Of a DNA stretch of 64,000 nt, positions 12,863-25,939 are shown piece by piece. The position numbers and the translations under genes were made by a program. Source of the stretch: Octopus vulgaris (Eukaryota); contig OX597817.1 in NCBI GenBank assembly GCA_951406725.2, forward strand, positions 31,496,001 to 31,560,000, read 5' to 3'. The first letter of the stretch is position 1, and every line of letters begins with the position of its first letter. The notes beneath the pieces were generated by a model, which was not told the DNA's origin, did no database searches, and saw only the letters and a program-made list of their open reading frames with translations.

Positions 12863-13331
12863 GGGGGCACCACCGCATAACAACCGGTGTTGGTTTGTTT
12901 ACGTCCCAAATAACTTAGCGGTTCGGCAAAAAGACCGACAGATTAAGTACCAGGCTTTAAAAATAAATAAATAAATAAGAACTGAAGTCGATTCCTTTGA
13001 AAAAAAAATATTCAAGGCAGTGCCGTAGCATGGCCGCAGTCTAACGACTGAAACAAGTAAAAGATAAAAGAGATGAGGATGACAATGGCCAAGGTCTTTG
13101 TTGGCCTTTGCATACTGGTGAGATTGTAGTGGTTGATGCTCAGTTTGTAACATCTGTAGAAAACCACAGATGTGGGGGTGGGGAATTCCACTGTTTATAC
13201 TTCTGAGAAAGACAACCTGGGTGATGTGTTTATTATTCGACATTATAGCTGTGGGGAAACAGCTCAGAGGAGCGCTTTGTATATTAAATACAAATACGGT
13301 AGAGTTTCACATATGCAATATAATGAGTTGA

Positions 13332-13718
13332 GTGGGGGCGCAATGGCCCAGTGGTTAGGGCAGCGGACCCGCGGTCATAGGATCGCGGTTTCGATTCCCA
13401 GACCGGGCGTTGTGAGTGTTTATTGAGCGAAAACACCTAAAAGCTCCACGAGGCTCCGGCAGGGGATGGTGGTGATCCCTGTTGTACTCTTTCACAACAA
13501 CTTTCTCTCACTCTTACTTCCTGTTTCTGTTGTACCTGTATTTCAAAGGGCCGGCCTTGTCACTCTCTGTGTCACGCTGAATATCCCCGAGAACTACGTT
13601 AAGGGTACACGTGTCTGTGGAGTGCTCAGCCACTTACACGTTAATTTCACGAGCAGGCTGTTCCGTTGATTCGGATCAACCGGAACCCTCGTCGTCGTAA
13701 CCGACGGAGTGCTTCCAC
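13332..13718 (+). mobile_element. tRNA-derived SINE, family C, with 12-bp TSD
   Basis: A box TGGCCCAGTGG, B box GGTTTCGATTCC; TSD ATAATGAGTTGA at 13320-13331 and 13719-13730. Confidence 0.9.
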
Positions 13719-14149
13719 ATAATGAGTTGAAATATTCCAGTCAACTTAGATTGTTCAAGCAATTAGGAGGTAAAAAGTCCCCTGTGAGTGTTTAAAATCT
13801 GAAAACTTCAAGCCTGAGAAGTAATTACTTCAATAGATCAGTCATGTTTATGAAAATAACATGTTTATGAAAATAACATTGTTCATAACTGGACAGATTG
13901 ATGAGTTAGGTAGTAGGAATGTTTAATGTTTAATACTGTGAATGAGAGAGGATCTTACCGTGGTTGCTTTCTGAAGTACAAATGCATGAGGTATTTGAGG
14001 ACACACCAAGTAAAAGGCGTTTATTTTTTTCAGATACCCCATATCAGGTAAAATACTAAACACAAACTGAAAAGACATGCAGTCATTGTTTCCGTATGTA
14101 CCGAACATAATGATCAAGAAACTGCCAACTTTTTAAATGTTACAAAATC

Positions 14150-14980
14150 TTTTGTATAGAAAGTTCAGACAGAATTGGAAGCTTTTGGCGGGAATGTTTC
14201 AACAGTATCAAAGAGGCAAAAAACATTCTAAATGTTCAGATATTATATGGACACTGCAATTCATCAAAAGAACTAGATGGTAGTGGTGGGATTCCAACTC
14301 AGAGAGCACACCCTGGAAAGTATTCGGTCTATCGTTTTCACAATTCCGCCAATCCACCGATCTTGAAAGAATTAAAAACAAAGTTGACTTCTGCAGGATT
14401 TGAAGTCGGAGCATAGAGAATCGGAGCGAGTACGTGAGGCATTCTGTCCGACACTCTATCATGTCTATCAGATCAGAATACCAGTATCTCATTCTAAAAG
14501 GATTTTTACAATCGGCTGATGAACCAAAACTGTCCATCAATAGTAATGAACGAATAGAGCGGGGAATAATTATTTCAGTTCAGTTATCTTGGGAAAAATT
14601 TTTAATTAGTTACAAATTAGGTTGTTATAGGCTTGGAAGTAAGGAACGACTTCGCGCTGGATCTGTATTAAGTCCAAGTATTGTTTCTTAAGTCCATAAA
14701 TGATATGACGCTGTTAATTGAAAGCATGTGCTGACTTTTTTCGCTGATGTCTCTAAGGTATTTAAAAATATGACACACAGTGGGAGCACTAAGTTACTGC
14801 AGGATGGTTTGTATAACTTACTGCTTCGTTTTAGTGATAGTAAATATGTGCGACTTGGAAAATAGATAAATGCATGCTTTCATTATAGTCTAATCAATCT
14901 GAACTATTCCTTGCGATTGATGGACCTCATCCTTGAAACTAAAAAAAGACTTAGTGTGGTCATTGATAAGGACAACTTTC
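14150..14980 (+). mobile_element. Highly degraded LINE reverse-transcriptase remnant
   Basis: FADVSKVF (FADD-like, ~14740) and KDLSVVIDKD (KDLGV-like, ~14945) in broken frames. Confidence 0.4.
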
Positions 14981-15651
14981 TCTTCCTCACAAATCAACAT
15001 CTGGTTACAATTGAAATACAGCTGCCTCAACTAACTCACTTTTTCACCAGCTTTGTATTAGCTGTTGTAATGTAAACTAACGTACACAACACATTTTACA
15101 ACAGCAGTTGGTTTTGAATTATCTTACAAGTATTAAAAAAAAAATCAACAAAAATGTGATGCCCAAATTACTATTGTTGCTGGCTTTTTTGTCTTTGTTT
15201 TTTTTTTTTTGGCGGTTGAAGGTGTGTTTTGTAACACATGCTGATCTTACCGATTTCAAGAATTTGGTATGAATTCACTCGAGTGCTTTATGTTGACTCC
15301 GCCAGGCCCAGGGGGAGGACAAGAACTCAAGTTTATAAGCTACCAAAATATTCTTTTTTAACTTATCAGTACTCTTGTTGATACAGTTGTGTAACTAACT
15401 GCTACCTGAACCAGGTTATAGATTAAAAAAATAATGCTTCGGTCATGATACTGTCTACATCGCCAAGAATGTCTCTCCTAAATTAAATAAAGAACTGGAA
15501 CACAATAATGTTAATAGGAACTACTGACGTTTGATTTTTCAAACTATTTTCCTTGCGTTGGATCTTCATTACAGATGCGAACAGAGCACTTCGATTGGTT
15601 GTCTGTCCAATCCTATTGTACTCCTATCGTAGTTATTCTGCTGTTCTATGT

Positions 15652-17113
15652 TTGCGATATTGAACCATGCTTCGGCCCCATAGTGTCTCACCATATACTA
15701 TTGATCGCTTTCTTACTTGCAAACCTAGCCTTTATTCTGCCTTGAAAATCTCTTCCTCAATAGGATCTTCTGACTATTTCCTAAAAAAGATTTCTACGTC
15801 CCATCAACGAACTGCACAATACCATCTACTGCCAGAATCTTCTGATGCTTTAGGTCAGTTAATTAGTTTAAACATTATATTTGGCAGCAAATATGTGCAT
15901 CATCATTTAATCTACGTGAAATATTTAAATGAATAACCGAAACCAGCCTCATTAATATATCCTTCCAAATGTCTCACACGACCAAAGGTAATGGTCGGCT
16001 CAGGGCTACAGTAGAAGGTACTTACTAAGGTACCGCGAGTGGGACTGAACTGGAAACCACGTGGTTAAGAAGCTTCTTAGCCATGAAGCCACACTATGTA
16101 TATAGCCTTATTGAAATCGCATCTAAGGCGGTGAGTTTGGCAGAATTGTTAGTACGCTTGACGAAATGCTTAACAGTATTTCGCCCTTCTGTGTTCAAAT
16201 TCTGCCGAGGCCGACTTTACCTTTCTTCTTTCCGGGGCCGATAAATTAAGTATCAGTGAAACACTGGGGTGGATGTAACCGCCTGACCCCTTGTCCCAAA
16301 ATTTCAAGCCTTGTGCCTATAGTAGAAAGGATTATGAAACTCTTCCTCTGAAAGGTAAGCCACTTTTGTTCAGAGCTAGGAATTAATTCAACACTGATCA
16401 ATTCACCAAATTATTTTATTATCTTAAATAGAACTACTGTAATATACAAGCACTCTAGAATGCATCTAAGCAATAAATGTCCAACCAAAATATTGGTTTC
16501 AAATTTTGGCACAAGGCCAACAGTTTCAGCTGGGAGGGTAAGTCGATCATATCGACCTCGAAACGATAAGAGGCAAGTCGACCACGGCGGCATTTGAATT
16601 CAGAACGCAACGACGGACGAAATGCTATCCAACATATTAGCTAACCTTTACTCACTAAAATACTGTAACTACCGGTATACTGAGGCGTTATGTCCTCCTC
16701 CTTCGGATTCTCTAACGTTACTGCAACAGCTCCCATTCATTAAAACTAGCAAGCTTACTGCTACCCCATCTAACATACCCGATTCACACAACAGATTTTT
16801 TAAAACCCAGCTATGTCTATTCCCAAGACTCAACACTGACACTCGTCACCTAAAGCTTTATTCCAAGAACTCTGCCTCAATATTTCTTTCTACTAATTAT
16901 TTTTGCGATATTGAACTATGCTTCGGCCCCATAGTGTCTCATCATATACTATTGATCGCTTTCTTACTTGAAAACCTACCCTTTATTCTGCCTTGAAAAT
17001 CTCTTCATCAATAGGATCTTCTGACTATCTCCTAAAAAAAGATTTCTAAGCCTCATCAACGAACTGCACAATACCATCTACTGCCAGAACCTTCTGATGC
17101 TTTAGGTCAGTTA
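15652..17113 (+). repeat. ~210-bp direct repeat pair (15652-15862, 16903-17113), probably a LINE endonuclease remnant
   Basis: Near-identical copies; translation IDRFLTCKPSLYS..SSIGSSDY resembles the APE C-terminal LD..LT...SDH motif. Confidence 0.6.
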
Positions 17114-17326
17114 ACACACACTCTTATTTCCTTATTGCCCACAAGGGGCTAAACACAGAGGGGACAAACAAAGACAGACAAAGGGATTAAGTCGAATACT
17201 AATTATTAGCCGTATCGACCTCATCACACTGGGAAGACATGCAAAGGACAAGGATATTGCCTGTTCTCAGACTAAAACAGAAACAAATTCCACACGTTTA
17301 CATACTCCTAGACACATAGAAATGCC

Positions 17327-17743
17327 TATTTCTTTACTACCCACAAGGGGCTAAACACAGAGGGGACAAACAAGGACAGACAAACGGATTAAGTCAATTA
17401 CATCGACCCCAGTGCGTAACTGGTACTTATTTAATCGACCCCGAAAGGATATACGGCAAAGTCGACCTCGGCGGAATTTGAACTCAGAACGTAGCGGCAG
17501 ACGAAATACCTATTTCTTCTCTACCCACAAGAGGCCAAACACAGAGAGGACAAACAATGACAGACAAACGGATTAAGTCAATTACATCGACCCCAGTGCG
17601 TAACTGGTACTTATTTAATCGACCCCGAAAGGATGTAAGGCAAAGTCGACCTCGGCGGAATTTGAACTCAGAACGTAACGGCAGACGAAATACCGCGAAG
17701 CATTTCGCCCGGCATGCTAACGATTCTGCCAGCTCGCCGCCTT
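17327..17743 (-). mobile_element. Dimeric tRNA-derived SINE, family B, with 18-bp TSD
   Basis: Head GGCGGCGAGCTGGCAGAA..GAGTTCAAATTCC; TSD TAGACACATAGAAATGCC at 17309-17326 and 17744-17761. Confidence 0.9.
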
Positions 17744-17877
17744 TAGACACATAGAAATGCCATCATATGAATACACTGTGACGCTCAGAATGAAAACATG
17801 CAGAAACTTCGACTTCAAATGGACACACCGATGTGTGTGTGTGTGTGTGTGTGTGTATACAGCGACGCAAACACACA

Positions 17878-18110
17878 TTCTTATTTCCTTATTGCCCACA
17901 AGGGGCTAAACACAGAGGGGACAAACAAGGACAGACAAAGGGATTAAGTCGAATACATCTACTCCAGTGCGTAACTGGTGCTTAATTTATCGACCCCGGA
18001 AGGATGACAGGCAAAGTCGACCTCGACGGAATTTGAACTCAGAACATAACAACAGGCGAAATACCGCTATTTCGTCCTGCGTGCTAACGTTTCTGCCACC
18101 TTGCCGCCTT
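17878..18110 (-). mobile_element. SINE family B
   Basis: Matches family B monomer. Confidence 0.85.
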
Positions 18111-18337
18111 ATACGCAAACACACACTCACGCACAGATATATTCATACATGAAAGATTATGAACTAAAAGCATACATCCACTGCGCTGCCACTTAAACGA
18201 TCTCTATCATTTGAAGTAAAAAGTATTTATTAATACAGCATTATGGTGGCTATTGCTACTCTTCTTTCTCTATTTCCTCCTTCTCAGCTAATACTACCAC
18301 CAACACCACCACCATTGCCCATCGCATTATTTATGAT

Positions 18338-18456
18338 TCTATTTTTTTAATCATCATCAGCATCACTACCATCATTCTTCTCATCCTCATCCCCATCTTC
18401 ATCATGATACTCTTCATCATCATCATCTTCGTTATCATCGTCGTTGTCGTCGTTAT

Positions 18457-18505
<49 letters not shown>

Positions 18506-18536
18506 GTCGTCGTCATCATCATCATCATCATCATCA

Positions 18537-18576
<40 letters not shown>

Positions 18577-18762
18577 TTCATCTTCATCACCCTTTCTGCT
18601 TTCCTTTCTCATCTATTTTTTTAACCATCATCAGCATCACTATCATCATACTTCTCATCAACATCCCCATCTTCATCCTCATACGCTTCATCATCATCTT
18701 CGTTGTCATCGTCGTCGTCGTCGTTATCATCATCCTCATCCTCTTCCTCCTCCTCCTCCTCC

Positions 18763-18821
<59 letters not shown>

Positions 18822-19249
18822 TTCATCTTCATCACCCTTTCTGCTTTCCTTTCTCATCATCACTCTTCACACTCCTTTCTCTCTTCTCTCTGTTCCTCCT
18901 CCATTTCTTCTTCTTCTTCTTCTTCAATCGCCGCCACCACCGCCACCACCACCGCCGCCACCACCACCACCGCCGCTGCCGCCACCATCGCCATCATCGC
19001 TATTGCCACCGTCACCTCCACCATTATCGTCTTCCTTCTTTTTTTTCTCTCCTCTTCTGCTTCTGCTTCTTCTTTTACATATGCTTTGAAATTTTCATAG
19101 TTTATATTTTATATTTTTTATTATTACACACACACACACGCACACACACTCACACACACACATACACACACACATACACACACACACGCACACACACACA
19201 CACACGCACATGCACGTACACATGCATACACACACATATACAAACATCC

Positions 19250-19280
<31 letters not shown>

Positions 19281-19313
19281 TATATATACGTGTATATATA
19301 CACACGTATGTAT

Positions 19314-19347
<34 letters not shown>

Positions 19348-19671
19348 TGTAAGTGCTTGTGTGTAATTTATTTTTTAATTTTACTCAGGATTTACTACAT
19401 CTCACAGTTCTCCATTATTGACGCTGTTCTATTAATGGAATCAAGTCGACACACCCAAAATGGCTGTACAAGAAAAAGCAACATTCTTCAAATGATTCTC
19501 TGCCCTAGTAAAAATCTGCTTGTCACACAAGGAAGTCGCTTGTGTTAATATCTTGGTAATTAAAACTGATATCATTGTATGAATGGTGTCAAAACAAACT
19601 AATAACCAGACAATTCCAGGCATGTTCTATTTTTTCCACTGCAAAAGTATACACATAACGCACACACACAC

Positions 19672-19734
<63 letters not shown>

Positions 19735-20640
19735 CAAACACACACACACACACACACACATTCACACATACACATACATATCACTCACACATACAAACAG
19801 CAACAACACACATGTACATTCAAAAACACATACACACACATGCATACGTATACACACACGCACGCACACACACACATACACACACACACACACACACACA
19901 TACACACACACGCACACACACACACGCGCGCACACACACATACACACACACACACGCACACACACACACACATATATATCAAACACACATACATACAACA
20001 ACAACACACATGTACATACAAATACACACACACATGCACACGTATACACACTGAGACATATTCACGCATGCACATACACATACACACATATATATGTACC
20101 ACACCATATATGTGTATGCGCGTATGTATGTATACATATATATATGTGTATATAAGTTTATATATGCATATATATGTATGTGTGTATATGTATATATGCA
20201 TACGTGTGTTTGTATATCTGCATGTATATGCATATATGTATATTCATTCATGCACATACACATGCACACATGCATATGTACCACACCATATATGTGAATG
20301 CGCGTATGTGTGTATACATCTATATGTGTATATAAGTTTATATATACATATATATGTATGTGTATATGTATATATGCATATGTGTGTTTGTATATCTGCA
20401 TGTATATGCATTTATGTATATATGTGCATATATATGTAAATATGCATATACATGTGTACATGCATATACATGTGTACATGCACATATAAACACACACATA
20501 CATATATAAACTTATATATATGTATGTGTGTGTTTGTATATGTGCATGTACACATGTATATGCATATAATTATAAGTATGTATGCATGTATGTATATATG
20601 TGTGCATGTAAGTATGTATGCATGTATGTGTGTGGGTGTG
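18338..20640. repeat. Compound microsatellite field (CAT, CCT, CCA, CA, TA, TATG) including a ~270-bp tandem duplication (about 18338-18611 / 18612-18860)
   Basis: Direct reading; unit TCTATTTTTTTAA..CACCCTTTCTGCTTTCCTTTCTCATC occurs twice. Confidence 0.9.
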
Positions 20641-21109
20641 GGTGGGTGGGGGTGGGGGGTTGTATTAGTGACTTTCAAAGCAACATGTATTTATATGTTT
20701 TTCAAGATAATAAGATTGGGAATGACGGGTACTGTTCAAGATCTTTTGCAGGTCCACCCACATTGTGATAGGGAAGTGGATGCAAAAAAAAAAGACATAG
20801 ATGATGGAGAAGGATTTCTATCGAAGTGCATTCTAGGAAAGAAAGAGTGGGAGGCATGTTTAACGAGGGTAAGGTTTGGTGAAAAGAAGGTGGGAGTGGC
20901 GGGTCCAAGAGAATGGTATATAGTAGCGTTCATTCAGAGAGCAGATGACGTTCTAGTAGAACAGAAAGAGGAAACGGCACTTAGTTTCAAGCGTGTTGAC
21001 AAGGAAATCATTATCACTCATTCGAAAGGTCTTAGAAAACGATCGAAGATCCCTGTGTGTGTAGCTGTATCATTCTATGTGTGTGTATGTGTGTGTGTGA
21101 ACAGTATTC

Positions 21110-21511
21110 TCTTTCTTTTACTCTCTTTTACTTGTTTCAGTCATTTGACTTCAGCCATGCTGGAGCACCGCCTTTAGTTGAGCAAATTGACCCCAGGACT
21201 TTGTAAACCTCGTACTTATTCTATCGGTCTCTTTTGCCGAACCACCAAGTTACGGGGACGTAAACACACCAGCATCGGTTGTCAAGCGATGTTGGGGGGA
21301 CAAACAGACACATAAACATATACACTCACATACATGTATATATACATATATACGACGGGCTTCTTTCAGTTTCCGTCTGCCAAATCCACTCACAAGGTTT
21401 GGTCGGCTCAAGGCTATAGTAGAAGACACTTGCCCAAGGTGCCACACAGTGGGACTGAACCCGGAACCATGTGGTTGGTAATCAAGCTACTTACCAAACA
21501 GCCACGCCTGC
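21110..21511 (-). mobile_element. SINE family A
   Basis: Reverse complement of consensus. Confidence 0.9.
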
Positions 21512-21846
21512 AATGATTTTTTTTTTTTTGTTTCAATTTTACTTCCCACAAAATATCAAATGTAGTCCATCCAAAAACACAAGGAAATGCTATACGACTT
21601 AGACTATAACGACAACACAAAAATTTGTAAGTGAGACAAAGTTAAAATATTCATAAACTTGGATAGAAACGAATCTAATGAAAGAATCAATAATTTACTC
21701 AGAAACAAAATGCTTTTGACTCTAAAATCCAGAAAGACAGCACCAAACAATTATGATTCTTATATCGCAGGCGACAAATGTCGCCTAAGAGGTTTTTATT
21801 TCCGGCTTAAACCGCAGAAGCTTGCCTGCTAACTGCATGTATACAA

Positions 21847-22017
21847 GTATGACATATAGACGACCATCTAATTTAATAGTGTTTCACTTGCACACACCAG
21901 ATTGTATATATATATATATATATATATATACAATCTGGTGTGTGCAAGTGAAACACTATTAAATTAGATGGTCGTCTATATCATCTAATTTAATAGTGTT
22001 TCACTTGCACACACCAG

Positions 22018-22061
<44 letters not shown>

Positions 22062-22115
22062 CTGGTGTGTGCAAGTGAAACGCTATTAAATTAGATGGTC
22101 GTCTATATGTCATAC
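21847..22115. repeat. Double palindrome centred on (TA)n tracts
   Basis: A-(TA)n-A' followed by partial A-(TA)n-A', arms ~40-58 bp, almost perfect. Confidence 0.9.
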
Positions 22116-22494
22116 CGCCCGGCGTGCTAACGATTCTGCCACCTCGTATATATATACACATGCATACATTCAAGGTGCGTGGCCTAGTGTTCAGGGTGTT
22201 GCACTCACGATCGCTAGATCATGGATTCGATTCCCGGAGCCGGCGATACGTTGTGTTCTTCAGCAAAACACCTCATTTTACGTTGCTCTGTGATTATTCT
22301 GATATTTAACGAGTGGCACACTTGTTTACCTGTACAGGCAATGTCGATTTGAAGGAGGAAGTGAGCTAAAATACAGCATACACAGTTGACCACTATAAAA
22401 AGACAAAAACCATTTGCGCAAGTCGTTCAACAAAAACTAAAACACTCATAAGTCGTCTACAATGGGAGATTCCATTTATATAATAACAACAATG

Positions 22495-22554
<60 letters not shown>

Positions 22555-22926
22555 GGGGGGAGCATCATAGCCATGTGTTGAGAGGGATTCTTTGGGGTTT
22601 GAATAATTCACCTCTGGAAACATGGGTGTTTCGTTCAACATCCTTAAACAACCCTTATTCAGGGACCTTTTGAGCGGGATGGGTTACTCAAACTGAAGAA
22701 AATTCTAACTGGGCCCCACCTGCAAGGTCATGTGCTGTTTATCTTTGATATGAGATCACCATGTCGCGCACATATGGTTGTGATGCATGTGCCTGGTGTA
22801 CCCTTATCAGACTGGTAGTCATGATGGGTATACTGGGCTTCGTATATTTTACCCCAGTGTCACTTTGATGGCACACACTGTAAAAAAAAAAATTTTTTTT
22901 AAATAATAATAATAATAATAATAATA

Positions 22927-23465
22927 GTGTCGATTCTATGGGACTTCCCCGTACATACAGACAAAAATATAAAAGCTAATAAACCGGATATTATTATAAA
23001 AGATCAGACAAAATGTGTTTATTAATTGACATTAGTATTCCTTGCGATCACAATATAGCGGCGAAAGAATTTGACAAGATCAGTAAATATAAAGACTTGC
23101 TAATAGAAATTGAAAAAATGTGGCATCTCAAGGCGACTACAGTACCAGTGATTGTAGGAGCTCTAGGAATGATAAAAAAAAAAAAAAGGTTCTGAAACCT
23201 ATTTGAAAATGATACCAAGCTTACCATTCCTACAGGAAGTGCAAAAAATTGTGTTAACTGGAACGGCTCATGTACTGAGAAGAGCATTATCGCTGTGAAA
23301 ACAACATCCATTCATGAATTTATTTATTTATTAATTTTTTAAATACATATTTTACCTGTGAATTTACGTGTGTAATCTGGGAATGCATACGATGAGCTTC
23401 TCTGCCCTAGGTGTACGGAAAACATTCGGCGAGAAACGGAAGAAAATTTGAAGAAAGAAGGAAAA
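22927..23465 (+). mobile_element. 3' end of an R4/Dong-like non-LTR retrotransposon (restriction-like endonuclease domain) within (AAT)n
   Basis: ILWDFPVHTDKNIKANKPDII..LIDISIPCDHNIAAKEFDKISKYKDL..VPVIVGALG..VQKIVLTGTAHVLRRAL*, frameshifted; (AAT)n at 22903-22926 and (AAC)n(AAT)n at 23465-23577. Confidence 0.85.
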
Positions 23466-23529
23466 TAACAACAACAACAACAACAACAACAACGACGACG
23501 ACGACGACAACAACAACAACAACAACAAC

Positions 23530-23578
<49 letters not shown>

Positions 23579-24751
23579 TGTGTGTTTGTGTGTGTGTATA
23601 TATATAAACACACACACAGACACACACAAAACAAGAAGCGTGTATAAAATATCATACAAGAGAAATACTGATTTATTGAAACTATCTTCTCTTCGCAAAA
23701 AGGAGCAAATCAAAAGCGCTTTGTGGAAATAGCGACCAACTACCAAACGAGAAGGGGAGATAATTTATAAATCAAGAATTTCCCAGATTAATCTGCCATA
23801 CCATTTGTGTAAGCGAAGTAAAGAGCTTGATGAGGTGGAAGGGGTGGGTATATTTGGAGAAGATTAGTAAAAAAAAAAAAAACTGTATTGCAGAGCTGGA
23901 TGCAACGAAGGTGAAGACTTTCTCCGTGGGAATATTATTTATGGACCCATTGTTGTTGAGTTGTCAAGAAAAAGAGGACCCTGCAAAGTTGTTGAACAGC
24001 GGAAATGAATTGTTGATAGGGGTTGAGATATTTGTGTCGCAAAGGGGAATAGATGTACCTTGGGTGTAAGAGGCGAAATCTATGATCTAGGTTGGAGAAA
24101 AGCCCTTCGATGTTTAAGAAGAGGAGAGAAGTTGGCCAGTGAATTAAGTCCCTATTTTTTTCTTTGCTTTTTCTTATGTTTTTGGCATCACATGGAAATT
24201 ACAAGGTAATGGGCCGTGGATAGGCCATGAAATCTCGAAGCTAGAGGTTTGGTTCCAATACTTGCAACGGACTAAGCTCCGCTGAAAAATATTGTATACA
24301 TCAAGAAACGTTTAAATTACGCATGTGAAATCTAAGAGGAAATCCATTATGCTGTAACAATATAATTCATTTTGATTTTTCGCCCATTGTTTCTTTTTTC
24401 TATCTATTTCTTTTTCTACGTGCAGGATGCAAAACTGGAAAGCGAAAGTCGAAGAAAACACTTATGCGATATCTATTCCGTTGCCATTGTGTTATAAATA
24501 TTGCCTACATATTACAGTCACGAATGTACAGATTTACTTGTTGGAAACCTGTAAGCAACGACGCCGTTTTGACCAATTGTAATATAAAATATATATATAT
24601 ATATATATATATAAAAACTACGAGCATTTTTTTTTTTTTTGGCGCTCAGAAAACCAAGATTCAAACAGATGATGAATTTTACCGGAATCTAAAAGATGGA
24701 AAGGAAATAAATAAATACACACACATACACACATACACACAATATATATAT

Positions 24752-24801
<50 letters not shown>

Positions 24802-24903
24802 TTGTGTGTGTGTATGTATGTATCTCGCTCTTTCTTTCATCTCTCTCTCTTCCCCTGATATATATATATACATACATAAACACACATATACACATTTGCA
24901 CAG

Positions 24904-24940
<37 letters not shown>

Positions 24941-25224
24941 CAGAAAGGGAGACCTATTAAAGCTTGCATCTGTTAATTAGCAATATTGGTGTGTAAAGTA
25001 AACTTAGACACAACTCTGCTTTACTTTGTGTTTATACTATTTTCACTCATATTTTTTTTAATTACTTTATACCCAGACTTACTGAAACGTGAAATTGAAT
25101 ACTTAGAAATAATAATAATTGTGTGCGCCTGTATGAATACATACTTAGATACGTACATACATTCATGCGTATACACACATACACACATACACATATATAT
25201 TTGTATGTATGTTTGTATATATAC

Positions 25225-25255
<31 letters not shown>

Positions 25256-25612
25256 CTCGCACACACTCACATATATACATGCTAGTGTGTATGTGTGTAT
25301 GTGTATGTATGTACATATATGTGTGTGTGCGTGTGTGTATGTGTGTGTGTCTTAAACGCAGATAGTATATGCTTTCCCAAGTCACACTTCAATTAGAAAA
25401 GAATTAAAGGAATTAATGACAACTTCAACAGCAGGAAATATATAATATATAAATATTGTTTCCCATTCAGATGATTCTGCGATGGGTGAGAAATGTTTCT
25501 GTGGTGATTTCTGCTGTACAAATGTTATGTATCTCTCCTTATTCTCCTCTTCTTTTTCTCACTCTCTCACTGATTTCTATCCTTAAATATTTATGCCTGT
25601 TTGACGGAATAT

Positions 25613-25830
25613 ATCATCATCATTATCATTGTTCGACCGTGGTCGAGACAATGGAATTTACCATGCTACGCCAGACTTCACGGTCCATCATGGCATTACG
25701 GAGGTCCTGTTGCTGGATGCCTGTATCCTTGGAGATTACATCAGGGTAGGAGAGTGTGCGCCTTCTGGTATTGCGAGTAGATGGCTTCCAGAGGAGAAGA
25801 GTAGAAATTACCTCTTTTCCACCTCTACAA
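25613..25830 (-). mobile_element. 3' end of an RTE-clade LINE
   Basis: Minus strand LLLWKPSTRNTRRRTLSYPDVISKDTGIQQQDLRNAMMDREVWRSMVNSIVSTTVEQ* followed by a short (TGA)n tail. Confidence 0.7.
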
Positions 25831-25939
25831 CAATATATGAATGTATCTGTATTTCTTGTTTGTCTGTGTCTTTTTCCTTATATATACACACATTCACACA
25901 CTTATCACTATCAGACCATGAAGTGTTATATAAGACATT

